A program made the position numbers and the translations under genes. Shown piece by piece: positions 32,703-42,500 of a DNA stretch of 64,000 nucleotides. Under the pieces are notes generated by a model that saw nothing but the letters and a program-made list of their open reading frames with translations, searched no databases and was not told the DNA's origin. Source of the stretch: Myxococcota bacterium (GTDB lineage: Bacteria > Myxococcota_A > UBA9042 > PHBI01 > JAWLBL01); contig JAWLBL010000008.1 of assembly GCA_041687695.1 (NCBI GenBank), forward strand, positions 32,074-96,073. Direction: 5' to 3'. Position 1 is the stretch's first letter. Every line of letters starts with the position of its first letter.

Positions 32703-33383
32703 TCAGGGCAGCTCGGGCGGGGGCTCGCCCAGCTCGTCACCCAGCTGCAGCAGGAAGGCGCGCATGAGATCGGCGCGGCGCTCGGCCTCGGCCCTGCCAG
32801 CGGCGGTGTTCATCGTGGCGGGCAGGCGCAGCAGCTTGGTGAAGAAGTGGTCGACCGAGAAGCGCCGGTCGTCGAGCGGGCGCTCGCGGGCCCAGGGGTC
32901 CTCGGTGTCGAAGTAGTGCGCGCCCATGCGGGTGCCGGTCGAGATGGTGCGGCAGATGCCGATGGCGCCGACGGCCTCGAGGCGGTCGGCGTCCTGCAGG
33001 GCCTTGCCCAGGGGCGTGCGCGGGGTGGCGCCGCGGGAGTAGCTGTGGTCGCGGATGGCCTCGCAGATGTCGGCGACCTCGTCGTCCTCGAAGCCGTGGC
33101 GGGCCAGCAGATCGCGGGCGGCGGCGGCGCACAGCTCGCTGGCGCGGGCGCGGTCGGGCGAGTCCTTGGGGACGTTGACGATGTCGTGCAGCAGGGCCGC
33201 CGCGATGGCGTGGCGCGGGTCGACGTCGGGCGCGCCGATGCGCAGGGTCCACAGGGCGACGCGCAGGACGTGCGCGAGGTCGTGGCCGGGGTCGTCGTCC
33301 ATCAGCTGCCGGACGTCGTCGTACAGGGCCGACAGGGCCGGGTCGTGGGCGATGAGCGACAGGAGGGCGTGGCGGCTGTCCAT
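32703..33383 (-). CDS. HD-domain phosphohydrolase
   Basis: 226-aa C-terminal part of ORF 32703..34079 from internal ATG; HD…D signature (LAHVLRVALW…LLHDIV). Confidence 0.75.
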   Translation of the reverse strand: MDSRHALLSLIAHDPALSALYDDVRQLMDDDPGHDLAHVLRVALWTLRIGAPDVDPRHAIAAALLHDIVNVPKDSPDRARASELCAAAARDLLARHGFEDDEVADICEAIRDHSYSRGATPRTPLGKALQDADRLEAVGAIGICRTISTGTRMGAHYFDTEDPWARERPLDDRRFSVDHFFTKLLRLPATMNTAAGRAEAERRADLMRAFLLQLGDELGEPPPELP

Positions 33384-33394
33384 GCGGGCACTCG

Positions 33395-34036
33395 CTAGGA
33401 GGCTGTAGTCAGGGCGAAGAGGAGCTGGGCGCCATAGTACAGCGGCAGGCCCCACAGGCGGTTGAGCAGCGTCGCATGGACGAAGCGCTCGCGGGCCACG
33501 GCGAGATCGGAGAGATAGAACGCGAAGGCGGCGACGAGCAGCCGCAGGTCCGGAGCGACCGCGAAGGTGGCGGTGGCGAGGGCGACCATGGCCGTAATGA
33601 CGGCGATGTACAGGACGACCGGGGTGCGGAGGGCGCCGCGGACGTGCGCGAGCAGCCAGCGGCCGACCAGGGCGGCGACGAGCCCGAGGGCGGCCAGGGC
33701 GATGGCGACGACGGTGGGGTCTACGCCGCGCAGGACGAAGGCCCAGGCGTAGGCGACGTGGCCCAGGAGAAAGGCGACCAGGCCCGCGAGGAACCAGCGC
33801 TTGTCGCGTGAGATGAGGCAGACGTCGCCGACGAAGGACAGGGCCAGCGCGACGAGGACGACGCGGCCGTAGGGGGTCGCCATGGCGTCGACGGCGACGG
33901 CGGCGAGCAGGAAGCCCGTGGAGGCGACGACCTTGCTGGCCCCGGAAGCCGCGGGCAGGCCGCGCCACTGAAACAGCAACATCCCGAAGACGCCCAGCAC
34001 GGTCATGGCCGCGCCGACGAGCAGCAGCGTGTTCAT
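33395..34036 (-). CDS. YhhN-family (lysoplasmalogenase-like) integral membrane protein
   Basis: 213 aa, ~7 predicted TM helices; YhhN-like FLLGHVAYAWAF motif. Confidence 0.75.
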   Translation of the reverse strand: MNTLLLVGAAMTVLGVFGMLLFQWRGLPAASGASKVVASTGFLLAAVAVDAMATPYGRVVLVALALSFVGDVCLISRDKRWFLAGLVAFLLGHVAYAWAFVLRGVDPTVVAIALAALGLVAALVGRWLLAHVRGALRTPVVLYIAVITAMVALATATFAVAPDLRLLVAAFAFYLSDLAVARERFVHATLLNRLWGLPLYYGAQLLFALTTAS

Positions 34037-37000
34037 CGGTCACCCCATCCGCCGCCGCCCGGCGTGGCGACCCTGACACGGTCGCCCGGGGCGAGCGCCA
34101 CGGAGGCGCCGTCCCAGGCCCGCCAGGCGCCCGCGGTGAAGACCTGGTCCTGGCCGGGTTGGCCGGGCGCGCCGCCGTCGAGCCCGGGCGCGCCGCGATC
34201 GCGTCGCGTGGCGAGCAGCGCGGCTGTGCCGGGGGCGAGGACCTCCAGCTCTCGCACGAGGCCGTCGCCGCCGGCGTGCCGGCCGTCTCCGCCGCTGCCG
34301 CGGCGGATGGCGAAGCCGCGGACGCGCAGGGGCAGACTGGCTTCGAGCACCTCTACGTCGGTGATGCGGGTGTTGGTCATGTGGACCTGGCGGCCGTCCG
34401 GTCCAGGGCCGGCGGGCGAGGCGCCGGTGCCGCCGCCCACCGTCTCGTAGAGCGACCAGCCTTGGCCGCCGAGGGTCAGGTTGTTCATGGTCCCCTGTGA
34501 GGCCGCGCGCGCGCCCGCGGCGGCGAAGAAGAGGTCGACCAGACGCTGCGAGGTCTCGACGTTGCCGCCAACGACGGCGGCGTCCGGCGGCGGGGCGACC
34601 AGGGAGGGGGAGGGCGCGACGAGGTCGACCCGGCGGAGGGCGCCCTCGTTGAGCGGGATGGGGCGGCCGACCAGGACGCGCAGGGCGTACAGGACGGCGG
34701 CGCGCAGCACGGCGGGCGGGGCGTTCAGGTTGCCCGGGTGCGGGCCGCCGGTGCCGGTGAGATCGACCCGCAGGCGGCCGTCCGAGACCGACAGGGCCAG
34801 GGCGAGCGGCAGGCCGGCCAGCGTGTCGTGGGCCCGGCCGGGGCGCAGCGTGGTCAGGACCTGGGCGACCGCCTCGTCGGCGACGTCGGCGAGGTGGGCC
34901 ATCCAGGTGTCGAGGAGGTCCGGCGGGCCCAGGGCGGTCAGCAGGCGGGCGGCGTGGGCGTTCGCGGCGACCTGGGCCTCGAGGTCGGCCAGGACCAGGT
35001 CGGGCTGGCGGCAGCCGACCAGGGCGGCGGCGACCTCGGGGCGCAGGGCGCCTTGTCGCAGCAGGGGCAGGTGCCGGACGACGAAGCCTTCGTCGGCCAG
35101 GCGGCGGGAGTGCGGCGGCATCGAGCCGGGGGTGAGGCCGCCGACGTCGACGTGGTGGCCGCGCGAGGCGACGAACCAGCGCGAGTCGCCGGCGTGGACC
35201 GCGGTGACCACCGTCAGATCGGGCAGGTGCGAGCCGCCGGCGGCGGGATCGTTGGTCAGCCACGCCTGGCCGGCCGGCGGGTCGGGCAGGTGACGCAACA
35301 GATCGCGCACCGTCTCGCCCATCGCGCCCAGGTGGACGGGGATGTGCGGGGCGTTGGCGACCAGCTGGCCCGCGCCGTCGAAGACCGCGCACGAAAAGTC
35401 CAGGCGCTCGCGGATGTTCACCGAGCGGGCGAGGCGCTGCAGCGTGACGCCGGCCTCCTCGGCGACCGCCTGGAAGCGGTTGGCCCACAGCTCGACGGCG
35501 TACGGCGTTCGGTCGGTCGGCAGCTCGGGGGCGGGCGGGGCGGTCGCCTGGAGCCACAGCAGGCCCCGGTGGCGGCGCGCGGTCCAGCCGGGCGGCACCC
35601 AGACCGACGTGGTCCGCGTCGCCAGCAAGCGGGGCCCGGCGACCTGCGCGTCGGCCAGACCCCAGGGATCGTCGTCGACGGGCGGCAGCGGCGAAGCCGG
35701 ACCGCGGACCCGCAGGCGGACGTTGACCAGCTCGACGGCCTGACCCGGGCGGTCGAAGCCGAAGCGGCGCCGGTGCTCGTCCGCGAAGGCGGCCAGGGCC
35801 GCGTCGGGGCCGGCCTCGGGGCCGACGAAGACCTCGACGGCGTGATCGGTCCCGGCGTGGCGCAGCTCCAGGCTGGGGCGGCGCTCGGGGAAGCCCTGCG
35901 CCGCCGTCGGCAGCTGCGCCTCGAGCTCGCGCCAGGCGGCCTGTGCCTCGGGCCAGGCCTGGGGCATCGGCCGCCAGACCGCGCGCACGCCGTGCTCCTC
36001 GGGCCGCGCCAGGGCCTGCCCCCACGCGCAGAGGACCGAGGCGCACGGATGCACGAGCACCGTGCGGACACCCAGGCGGGCCGCGACCTCGGCGGCGTGC
36101 TGGCCGGCGGCCCCGCCGTACGAGACCAGCGCGTGGTCGCGCACGTCGACGCCGCGCGCGGCGGCCAGCTGGCGCACGGCCTGGGCCATCGCTTCGCGGG
36201 CGATGGACAGGAACTCGGCGGCCTCGCCAGGCAGGGCGACGCGGGTCGGGTCCAGCGGCGGGTCGAAGGCGAGCGGGTCGACCAGCCCCTCGACGAGGGC
36301 CGCGTCGGTCAGGGTCGGCGGGCCGCCGCGTCCGTAGCACTGCGGCCCCGGGTTCGCGCCGGCGGACGCTGGGCCGACGCGCAGCCGCAGGCCGTCGCTG
36401 GTCAGGATCGACCCGCCTCCGGCCGCGATGGTGTCGACCTCGAGCATGGGGCGCCGCACCCGCACGCCGGCCACGCGGACGTCGCCCTCGCGCCGTGGCA
36501 GCTGGCCGACGTCGACCCGGCAGATGTCGGTCGAGGTGCCGCCCATGTCCAGCCCGATGGCCCGCTGGAAGCCCGCCTGCGCGGCGATGGCCTCGACGGC
36601 GAGGACCCCGCCGGCCGGCCCGGACAAGACCGCCTCGGGGGCGTGCAGCGCCGCGGCCGGCGCGTGGCTGCCGTCCGAGCGCATGGCGCGGGCGTCGGGC
36701 GCGATGCGGTCCCGCGTGAGCGCGGCCTTCAGCGCGGGCGTGATGGCGGCGTCGACCAGCGTGGTCTCGATGCGGGCGAGGTAGCCGACCTCGGGCGACG
36801 CCTCGTGGCCGAGGGCGACGTATGGGACCCCCAGCCGCCGCAGGTGATCGCCGGCAGCGCGCTCGTGGGAGGGGTCGGCGTAGCTGCCGACCAGCACCAC
36901 GGCGGCGGCCTCGAAGCCGGCCACGGCCTCGGCGGTCAGGGGCGACAGGTCCAGCGCTTCGACCTCGGCGCCGTCGGGGGCGTGGCGGCCGCCGATCTCG

Positions 37001-37302
37001 ATCGCCGCGGCGCACAGCGGCGCCGGCCAGCGCGCGTCCGGATCGAACAGGGCGGGGCGGGCCTGGTCGCCGATCCACGCGAGGTCCGCGAGCCCGCGCG
37101 AGGCGACCAGCAGGGTGCGGACGCCCTTGCCCTCGAGCAGGGCGTTGGTCGCCACGGTCGTCCCGAAGGTCAGCTCGCCCACCGCGAGCGCCCCCACCAC
37201 GGCGGCGTCGGACGGCACCTTGCGCACCTCGACGCGGCCGTCGTCGTGCGCGATGACGACGTCGGTGAAGGTGCCTCCCCGGTCGACGAAGGTTCGGGCC
37301 AT
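34033..37302 (-). CDS. Fused hydantoinase A/B (5-oxoprolinase-like, HyuA-HyuB) family protein
   Basis: 1089 aa; N-terminal hydantoinase-A region ([16 protein letters not shown]…) and C-terminal hydantoinase-B/oxoprolinase region. Confidence 0.9.
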   Translation of the reverse strand: MARTFVDRGGTFTDVVIAHDDGRVEVRKVPSDAAVVGALAVGELTFGTTVATNALLEGKGVRTLLVASRGLADLAWIGDQARPALFDPDARWPAPLCAAAIEIGGRHAPDGAEVEALDLSPLTAEAVAGFEAAAVVLVGSYADPSHERAAGDHLRRLGVPYVALGHEASPEVGYLARIETTLVDAAITPALKAALTRDRIAPDARAMRSDGSHAPAAALHAPEAVLSGPAGGVLAVEAIAAQAGFQRAIGLDMGGTSTDICRVDVGQLPRREGDVRVAGVRVRRPMLEVDTIAAGGGSILTSDGLRLRVGPASAGANPGPQCYGRGGPPTLTDAALVEGLVDPLAFDPPLDPTRVALPGEAAEFLSIAREAMAQAVRQLAAARGVDVRDHALVSYGGAAGQHAAEVAARLGVRTVLVHPCASVLCAWGQALARPEEHGVRAVWRPMPQAWPEAQAAWRELEAQLPTAAQGFPERRPSLELRHAGTDHAVEVFVGPEAGPDAALAAFADEHRRRFGFDRPGQAVELVNVRLRVRGPASPLPPVDDDPWGLADAQVAGPRLLATRTTSVWVPPGWTARRHRGLLWLQATAPPAPELPTDRTPYAVELWANRFQAVAEEAGVTLQRLARSVNIRERLDFSCAVFDGAGQLVANAPHIPVHLGAMGETVRDLLRHLPDPPAGQAWLTNDPAAGGSHLPDLTVVTAVHAGDSRWFVASRGHHVDVGGLTPGSMPPHSRRLADEGFVVRHLPLLRQGALRPEVAAALVGCRQPDLVLADLEAQVAANAHAARLLTALGPPDLLDTWMAHLADVADEAVAQVLTTLRPGRAHDTLAGLPLALALSVSDGRLRVDLTGTGGPHPGNLNAPPAVLRAAVLYALRVLVGRPIPLNEGALRRVDLVAPSPSLVAPPPDAAVVGGNVETSQRLVDLFFAAAGARAASQGTMNNLTLGGQGWSLYETVGGGTGASPAGPGPDGRQVHMTNTRITDVEVLEASLPLRVRGFAIRRGSGGDGRHAGGDGLVRELEVLAPGTAALLATRRDRGAPGLDGGAPGQPGQDQVFTAGAWRAWDGASVALAPGDRVRVATPGGGGWGDR

Positions 37303-37378
37303 CGCGAGCGCCCCTTCGAAAGACGAAGGCCCCGGGAGCGCGCCCCCGAGGCCGTCGACGTGCCGTGAGGTCAGGGGC

Positions 37379-37780
37379 TCACTGACCGAAGGTCATGCGC
37401 CACTGCTCGTTCGAGCGGGGGTCGCGCAGGGTCAGCGTGCGCGGGTCCCACGCGATCTGGTAGCTCAGGACGCGGTCGTTGCCCTGGGCGTCCTTGAGGT
37501 ACAGGTTGTTGCGCTGCAGCGTGTAGGTGCCCGTGGTCTTGGTGCTGGGGCACGGCGGCTGGCCACAGGGGCGGATGAGCTCCCAGGTGTAGCGGCCGTC
37601 GGCCTGCAGCGAGATGCGGCTGTTCGCCGCGCCCCACGAGCCGATGATGGCCTCGGAGTCCGGGGGCCGCTGGACTTGGGTCGGCCCGGGATCCGGCTGG
37701 ACCGTCTCCTTGTCGCCGCAAGCGGCCGTCGACAGGGTCAGGCTGAGGGCGACGAGGCCCAGGACTCGAACGAGGCGCAT
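37379..37780 (-). CDS. Small lipoprotein of unknown function
   Basis: Internal ATG of ORF 37379..37909: MRLVRVLGLVALSLTLSTAACGDKE lipobox; 133 aa. Confidence 0.55.
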   Translation of the reverse strand: MRLVRVLGLVALSLTLSTAACGDKETVQPDPGPTQVQRPPDSEAIIGSWGAANSRISLQADGRYTWELIRPCGQPPCPSTKTTGTYTLQRNNLYLKDAQGNDRVLSYQIAWDPRTLTLRDPRSNEQWRMTFGQ

Positions 37781-37951
37781 CGGTTCCTCCCGGTAGGCAG
37801 GGGGCTGTGGAGCGTTCGACGCCGCGGCGCAGGACCTGCCCGCGGGGCCACTCTCCAGGGTAGGTTGCGTGGTCCGCGCGAACTTACGTGCTCGCGCGGC
37901 CAGCGTCAACGAGCGTCGTCGTGGCCGTTGGCGACCGGCGCGCGCGTCGCC

Positions 37952-38740
37952 TCAGCGCTTGGACCCCGAGTCCGGCAGGTGCACGAACATCGCGCGCACC
38001 GGGTCGGTGTCGTCGCCGTAGAGGTACGCGGGCCCCAGCGAGTTGCCTCGCAGCGAGGCGTCGACCTTGGTCAGCCCGTCCTCGAGCTGCGGGCCGCGGC
38101 GGTTCTTCCAGCCCGCGCGCTCGTTCTCCTGCTGCTGCGCCCACTGCGCCTGCAGCATGATGAGGTCCTGCAGCCGGTCGGGCAGCTGCGCCGCGAGCGC
38201 GTACAGGACCAGGCCGGCCACCTCGGCGTCGGCCGCCGCGCGGTGCGCGTTGGTCAGCTCGATGCCCAGGCGCGCGGCGACGGCGCCCAGGTTGGCCGCG
38301 CCCTGGCCGCGGTGCAGCTCGCGCGCGAAGACCAGCGGGTCGACGTACTGCGTGTCGACCCAGGTCAGGCCGGCCCGCTCGAGCTCCGCGCGGATGAAGG
38401 CGCGGTCGAAGGCCAGGTTGTAGGCGCAGAAGACGTGCCCGTCGAGCCGCCGGCGGACCTCGGACGCGATGGCGCCGAACGTCGGCGCGCCGACCAGCTC
38501 CTCGGGCTGGATGCCCGTGATGCGGACGGCGTCCTCGGGGACCTCGCGCTCGGGGTTGACCAGCGTGCTCCAGCGCTCGACGACCTGGCCGCCGCACATG
38601 TGGATGATCGCTATCTCGATGACGCGATCGACCGCCGGGTCGAGGCCCGTGGTCTCGACGTCCACCACGGCCAGCGGGCAGGCGTTCCAGAGATCGGTCA
38701 GCGAAAATCGCGCCGCGGACGGGGCGGTCGTGGCGGTCAT
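37952..38740 (-). CDS. DnaQ-like 3'-5' exonuclease (DEDDh family)
   Basis: Exo I VVDVETTGLDP, exo II and exo III (HRAAADAEV) motifs. Confidence 0.8.
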   Translation of the reverse strand: MTATTAPSAARFSLTDLWNACPLAVVDVETTGLDPAVDRVIEIAIIHMCGGQVVERWSTLVNPEREVPEDAVRITGIQPEELVGAPTFGAIASEVRRRLDGHVFCAYNLAFDRAFIRAELERAGLTWVDTQYVDPLVFARELHRGQGAANLGAVAARLGIELTNAHRAAADAEVAGLVLYALAAQLPDRLQDLIMLQAQWAQQQENERAGWKNRRGPQLEDGLTKVDASLRGNSLGPAYLYGDDTDPVRAMFVHLPDSGSKR

Positions 38741-38753
38741 GTCGTGGGGCTCC

Positions 38754-39527
38754 TCAGGTTTCGCCGTCGATGCGGATGGCGATCTGATACACGCGCCGCC
38801 GGCTCACGCCCAGCCTGTCGGCGATCTCCTGGGCCGCCTCCTTCTTGCGGACGCCGCCGCCGAGCAGCGGCAGCAGCGCCTGCGCGATGTCGCGGTCCGA
38901 CACCTCGCCGTCGCTGGCCGCGCGGTGCACCAGCAGCACCGCCTCGCCCTTGAGCCCTTCGGTGATCTGACGGCTCAGCTCGCGCGCCGTGCCGCGGTAC
39001 CAGGACTCGTGACGCTTGGTCAGCTCGCGCGCGACGACCGTCGGCGCGTCCGGCAACGCCTCGGCCACGTCCGCCAGGATGTCGGGCAGATCCCGGGCCG
39101 GACAGAAGAAGACGTGCGTCCCCACGGTCAGCGACGACAACAGGGACACGCGCTCGCCGGGCTTCTTCGGGGCGAAGCCGTGGAAGACGAAGCGGTCGGT
39201 GGGCAGCCCCGCGACCGACAGGGCGGTGGTGACCGCGCTGGCCCCGGGCACCGGCACGACCTCGAACCCCGCGGCCAGCGCCGCGGCGACCAGGCGCTGA
39301 CCCGGATCCGAGATGGCGGGCGTGCCGGCGTCGGTGACCAGGGCCACCGAGCGCCCCTGTCGGAGCAGCTCGACGAGCCCCTCGGTGCTGGCCGCCTCGT
39401 TGTGCGCCTCGTGGCGCAGCAGCGGCGTCTCGATGCCGTACTGCTCGCACAGGACGCGGGTCACCCGCGTGTCCTCGCACGCGATGCGGTCCACCTCACG
39501 GAGGATCCGCACCGCGCGAAAGGTCAT
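38754..39527 (-). CDS. rsmI: 16S rRNA (cytidine1402-2'-O)-methyltransferase RsmI; true start appears to lie upstream of the ORF-track ATG (to about 39590)
   Basis: RsmI family motifs. The conserved N-terminal block …GALYVVATPIGNLED is encoded in-frame immediately upstream (39528..39575) of the first ATG, but no ATG/GTG/TTG precedes it before the TAG stop of the upstream TPR gene at 39590..39592; a G7 homopolymer (plus-strand C7 at 39569..39575) lies in this segment. Confidence 0.8.
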   Translation of the reverse strand: MTFRAVRILREVDRIACEDTRVTRVLCEQYGIETPLLRHEAHNEAASTEGLVELLRQGRSVALVTDAGTPAISDPGQRLVAAALAAGFEVVPVPGASAVTTALSVAGLPTDRFVFHGFAPKKPGERVSLLSSLTVGTHVFFCPARDLPDILADVAEALPDAPTVVARELTKRHESWYRGTARELSRQITEGLKGEAVLLVHRAASDGEVSDRDIAQALLPLLGGGVRKKEAAQEIADRLGVSRRRVYQIAIRIDGET

Positions 39528-39589
39528 GTCCTCGAGGTTCCCGATGGGGGTCGCGACGACGTACAGCGCCCCCCCTGTGACCTGCCCGC

Positions 39590-42500
39590 CTATTCGAACA
39601 TCTCCGAGTACTCGATCTGGATGCCCATGTACTGCCGCAGGCTCAGGTACTGGTCGCTCATCGCGTACATCACCAGATCCTTGAGCTTGTCGGCCTTCTT
39701 GAGCTTGGACGTGCCGGCGACCTCCTCGCGCAGCAGGTGCCCGGCCAGCTCGACGTCGTCACACACGAGCAGCGCCGCGTGGATGGCCGTCAGCTCGACC
39801 TGGCGATGCCACAGGCCGATGTGCGGCACCCGCCCGGACTGCTTCATCTCGGCGATGACCTGCGCGAGCTGCGTGCGGTTCTGCGGCGTGATGTCCTTGT
39901 CGAGCGCGGCGCGCGTCTCCCCGACCTGCTGCGCGATCTGCATCTTCAGCTCGTCGGGCATGTCCGCCTGCAGCTGCAGCTTGTAGCTCGGGTCGATGAG
40001 CGCCTCGGCCGCCATGAACATGATGTCGAGCTGCTCACGCTGGAACAGCGCCGCCATGATGTGCGTGTTGGTCAGGTACATCAGGCGCCGGGCGAGGTGG
40101 AACGCGAGGTCCTTTTCGCCCTTGCCCTGCAGCATGTCCGGCCCGATGGACAGGACCGGCGGCTGCGTGTCGAGGATCTCGATGCCCATGCGGGTCGAGC
40201 TGCGGTAGACCTCGGGCGGCTGCAGCCCGAGGATGCGGCAGACCGAGTTGATGACCGAGCAGATGAGCAGGCCCTCGCTCAGATCGATGCGGTCCTTCTT
40301 CTTGAGCCCGTGCTCCTTGAGCTGCTTGAGCGGCAGGCTCTTGTACAGGGACGCGTAGAGGATCGCGAAGACCTGCCCGAGGTACGGGTCCTCCTGCTGG
40401 CTGGCGACCAGCTGCGACATCGCCGTGGCGTCGACGATGCGGTTGGTCTCGGCCACCGCGGCCGACTGATGGTCGCGGTAGAACCGCTCCTCGTCCGGCT
40501 CGGCCCGGTTGAGCGCCACCAGCAGCCCGGCCATGACCCACGCCTTGTCGTAGGCCTTCATCCGCTTATAGAGCTCGACCAGCTTGTGGTAGCTGTCGAA
40601 GCGGTCCGGGTGCTGCCGGATGAGGTAGCGGTGCTCCTCGACGGCCTTGTCCAGCTGGTCCGGCGTCGACTCGTACAGCCCCGCCAGGATCTCGTGGATG
40701 GCCTCGTCGTCCGGCTTGATCTTCCGCGCCAGCTCGAACGCGCTGATGGCGTAGTCCGTGCGCTTGAGGCGCGAGCGGTAGATCTCGCCCAGGTTGCGGT
40801 AGAGCATGAAGTTCACCGCGCCGTACTTGGGCCAGCTGGCGCCCGCCTTCTGCACGCGCTGCAGCATGCGGCGGTAGTTCTGCTCGAGCGGCTTCCACTC
40901 CTTGGCGTGCGTCAGCAGCTCGTCGATGGCGCGGAACGCCTCGAGCTTCTCGATGTTGTAGTCCAGCGTCAGGTTCAAGTACTTGATGGCCGACTCGCGG
41001 TCACCGACCTCGTCGCGGTAGGTGACGGCCGCCGTGTAGGCCCAGGTGGACTTGCGCCCGGCGTCCTCCTCGATCTCGATGATCTTGTTGATCCACCGGA
41101 TCGCCTCGTCGAAGTTGCGCCGCTCGATGTGCACCTGCACCAGCTGCATCAGCGGCGCCTTCGAGAAGTTCCCGTAGCCGACGGCCTTCTGGTAGGCCTC
41201 GACGGCCTTGTCCGGCTGGCGCAGGTTGTCGCGGAAGATGTCGGCGATCTTCAGCTGGATGTTGAACTTCGCGAGCGGCTCGGACTTGAGCGCCAGCAGC
41301 TGCTGCATGTAGCTGATGGCCCCCGCCCAGTCGCCGTGCGCCTCGAGCACCTCGACGATGCGCTCGATGGCGCCCGCGTTGTTCGGCTGGTGCTGGATGA
41401 CCCGCGACAGGTACGTCTGCGCCACCGAGATGCGGCCCAGCTTCAGCGCGCTCTCGCCGAGGTTCAGGTACAGCAGGACGAAGTCCTCGTCGCTGAGCTC
41501 GGACCCGTAGGTGTCGATGACCTGCTGGTAGTAGCGCAGCGCCTCGGAGTAGTTCTGCTTCTTGAAGTGCAGCCGGGCGAGGCCCCGCAGCGTCTCCTTG
41601 TCGGGGCTCGCGTGCTCCACCGCGGCCGAGTACTCGTCGAGCGCGCGGTCGTCGTCGTAGACGGCCTCGGCGCACTGGCCCAGGCGCTTGTGCACCTGCG
41701 CCAGCCGCTCGCGGTCGCCGCGCGCGTCGAGCTTGTCGACCAGCACGTCGAGCAGCGGCATCGCCTTGGTCCAGTTCCGCGTCGCCATGTAGTGGTCGGC
41801 GAGCGGCCACAGCGTCTCCTCGGACTCCGGGTTGGCCTGGACCGACAGCTCGAGGTGCTCGAGGGCGCGGCCCTCGTCGTGCAGCTTGTCGCGGAACAGC
41901 GACGCCAGCTCGACGTGCACGTCGGCGCGCGCGACGTCGTCCTGCGCGTGCTGCAGCTTGTGCTCGAGGGTCTCGAGCACCAGATCGAAGCGCTCCTCGT
42001 AGCTGTACAGATCGATGAGCGCCTGCACCGGCTGCGGGTGTCCCGGCCACTCGGCCAGCGCCTGCTTGTAGTGCTCGGCCGCCCCGAAGGCGTCGTTCAG
42101 CTCGTCGCGCCGGACCGAGCCCTGCTCGCAGTGCAGCGCGAGCCGCTCCTCGTGGCCCGACTCCACCGCCAGCGTGCGGTCGAGCGTCCCGATGAGCTGC
42201 TCCCACAGCCCCTGCTCGCGGTACAGATCCCGCAGCGCGTCCAGCGCCGGCCGGTGCCCGGGCGCCTCGCTCAGCGCGCGCTCGTAGCTGCCGATGGCGC
42301 TGTCCAGATCGCCGATCTGGTCGCGGTAGACCGCCGCCATCGCCATCAGCGCCTGCGCCCGCTCCTCGGCGGTCTGCGCCACGCCGCGCTTCTTCTCGTA
42401 CAGGTCGACCAGATCGTCCCAGCGCGACGTCTCGGCGAAGATGCGCTCCAAGGCCTCGATGGCCTCGGCGTCGTCCGGCACGATGTACAGGATGCGCTGG

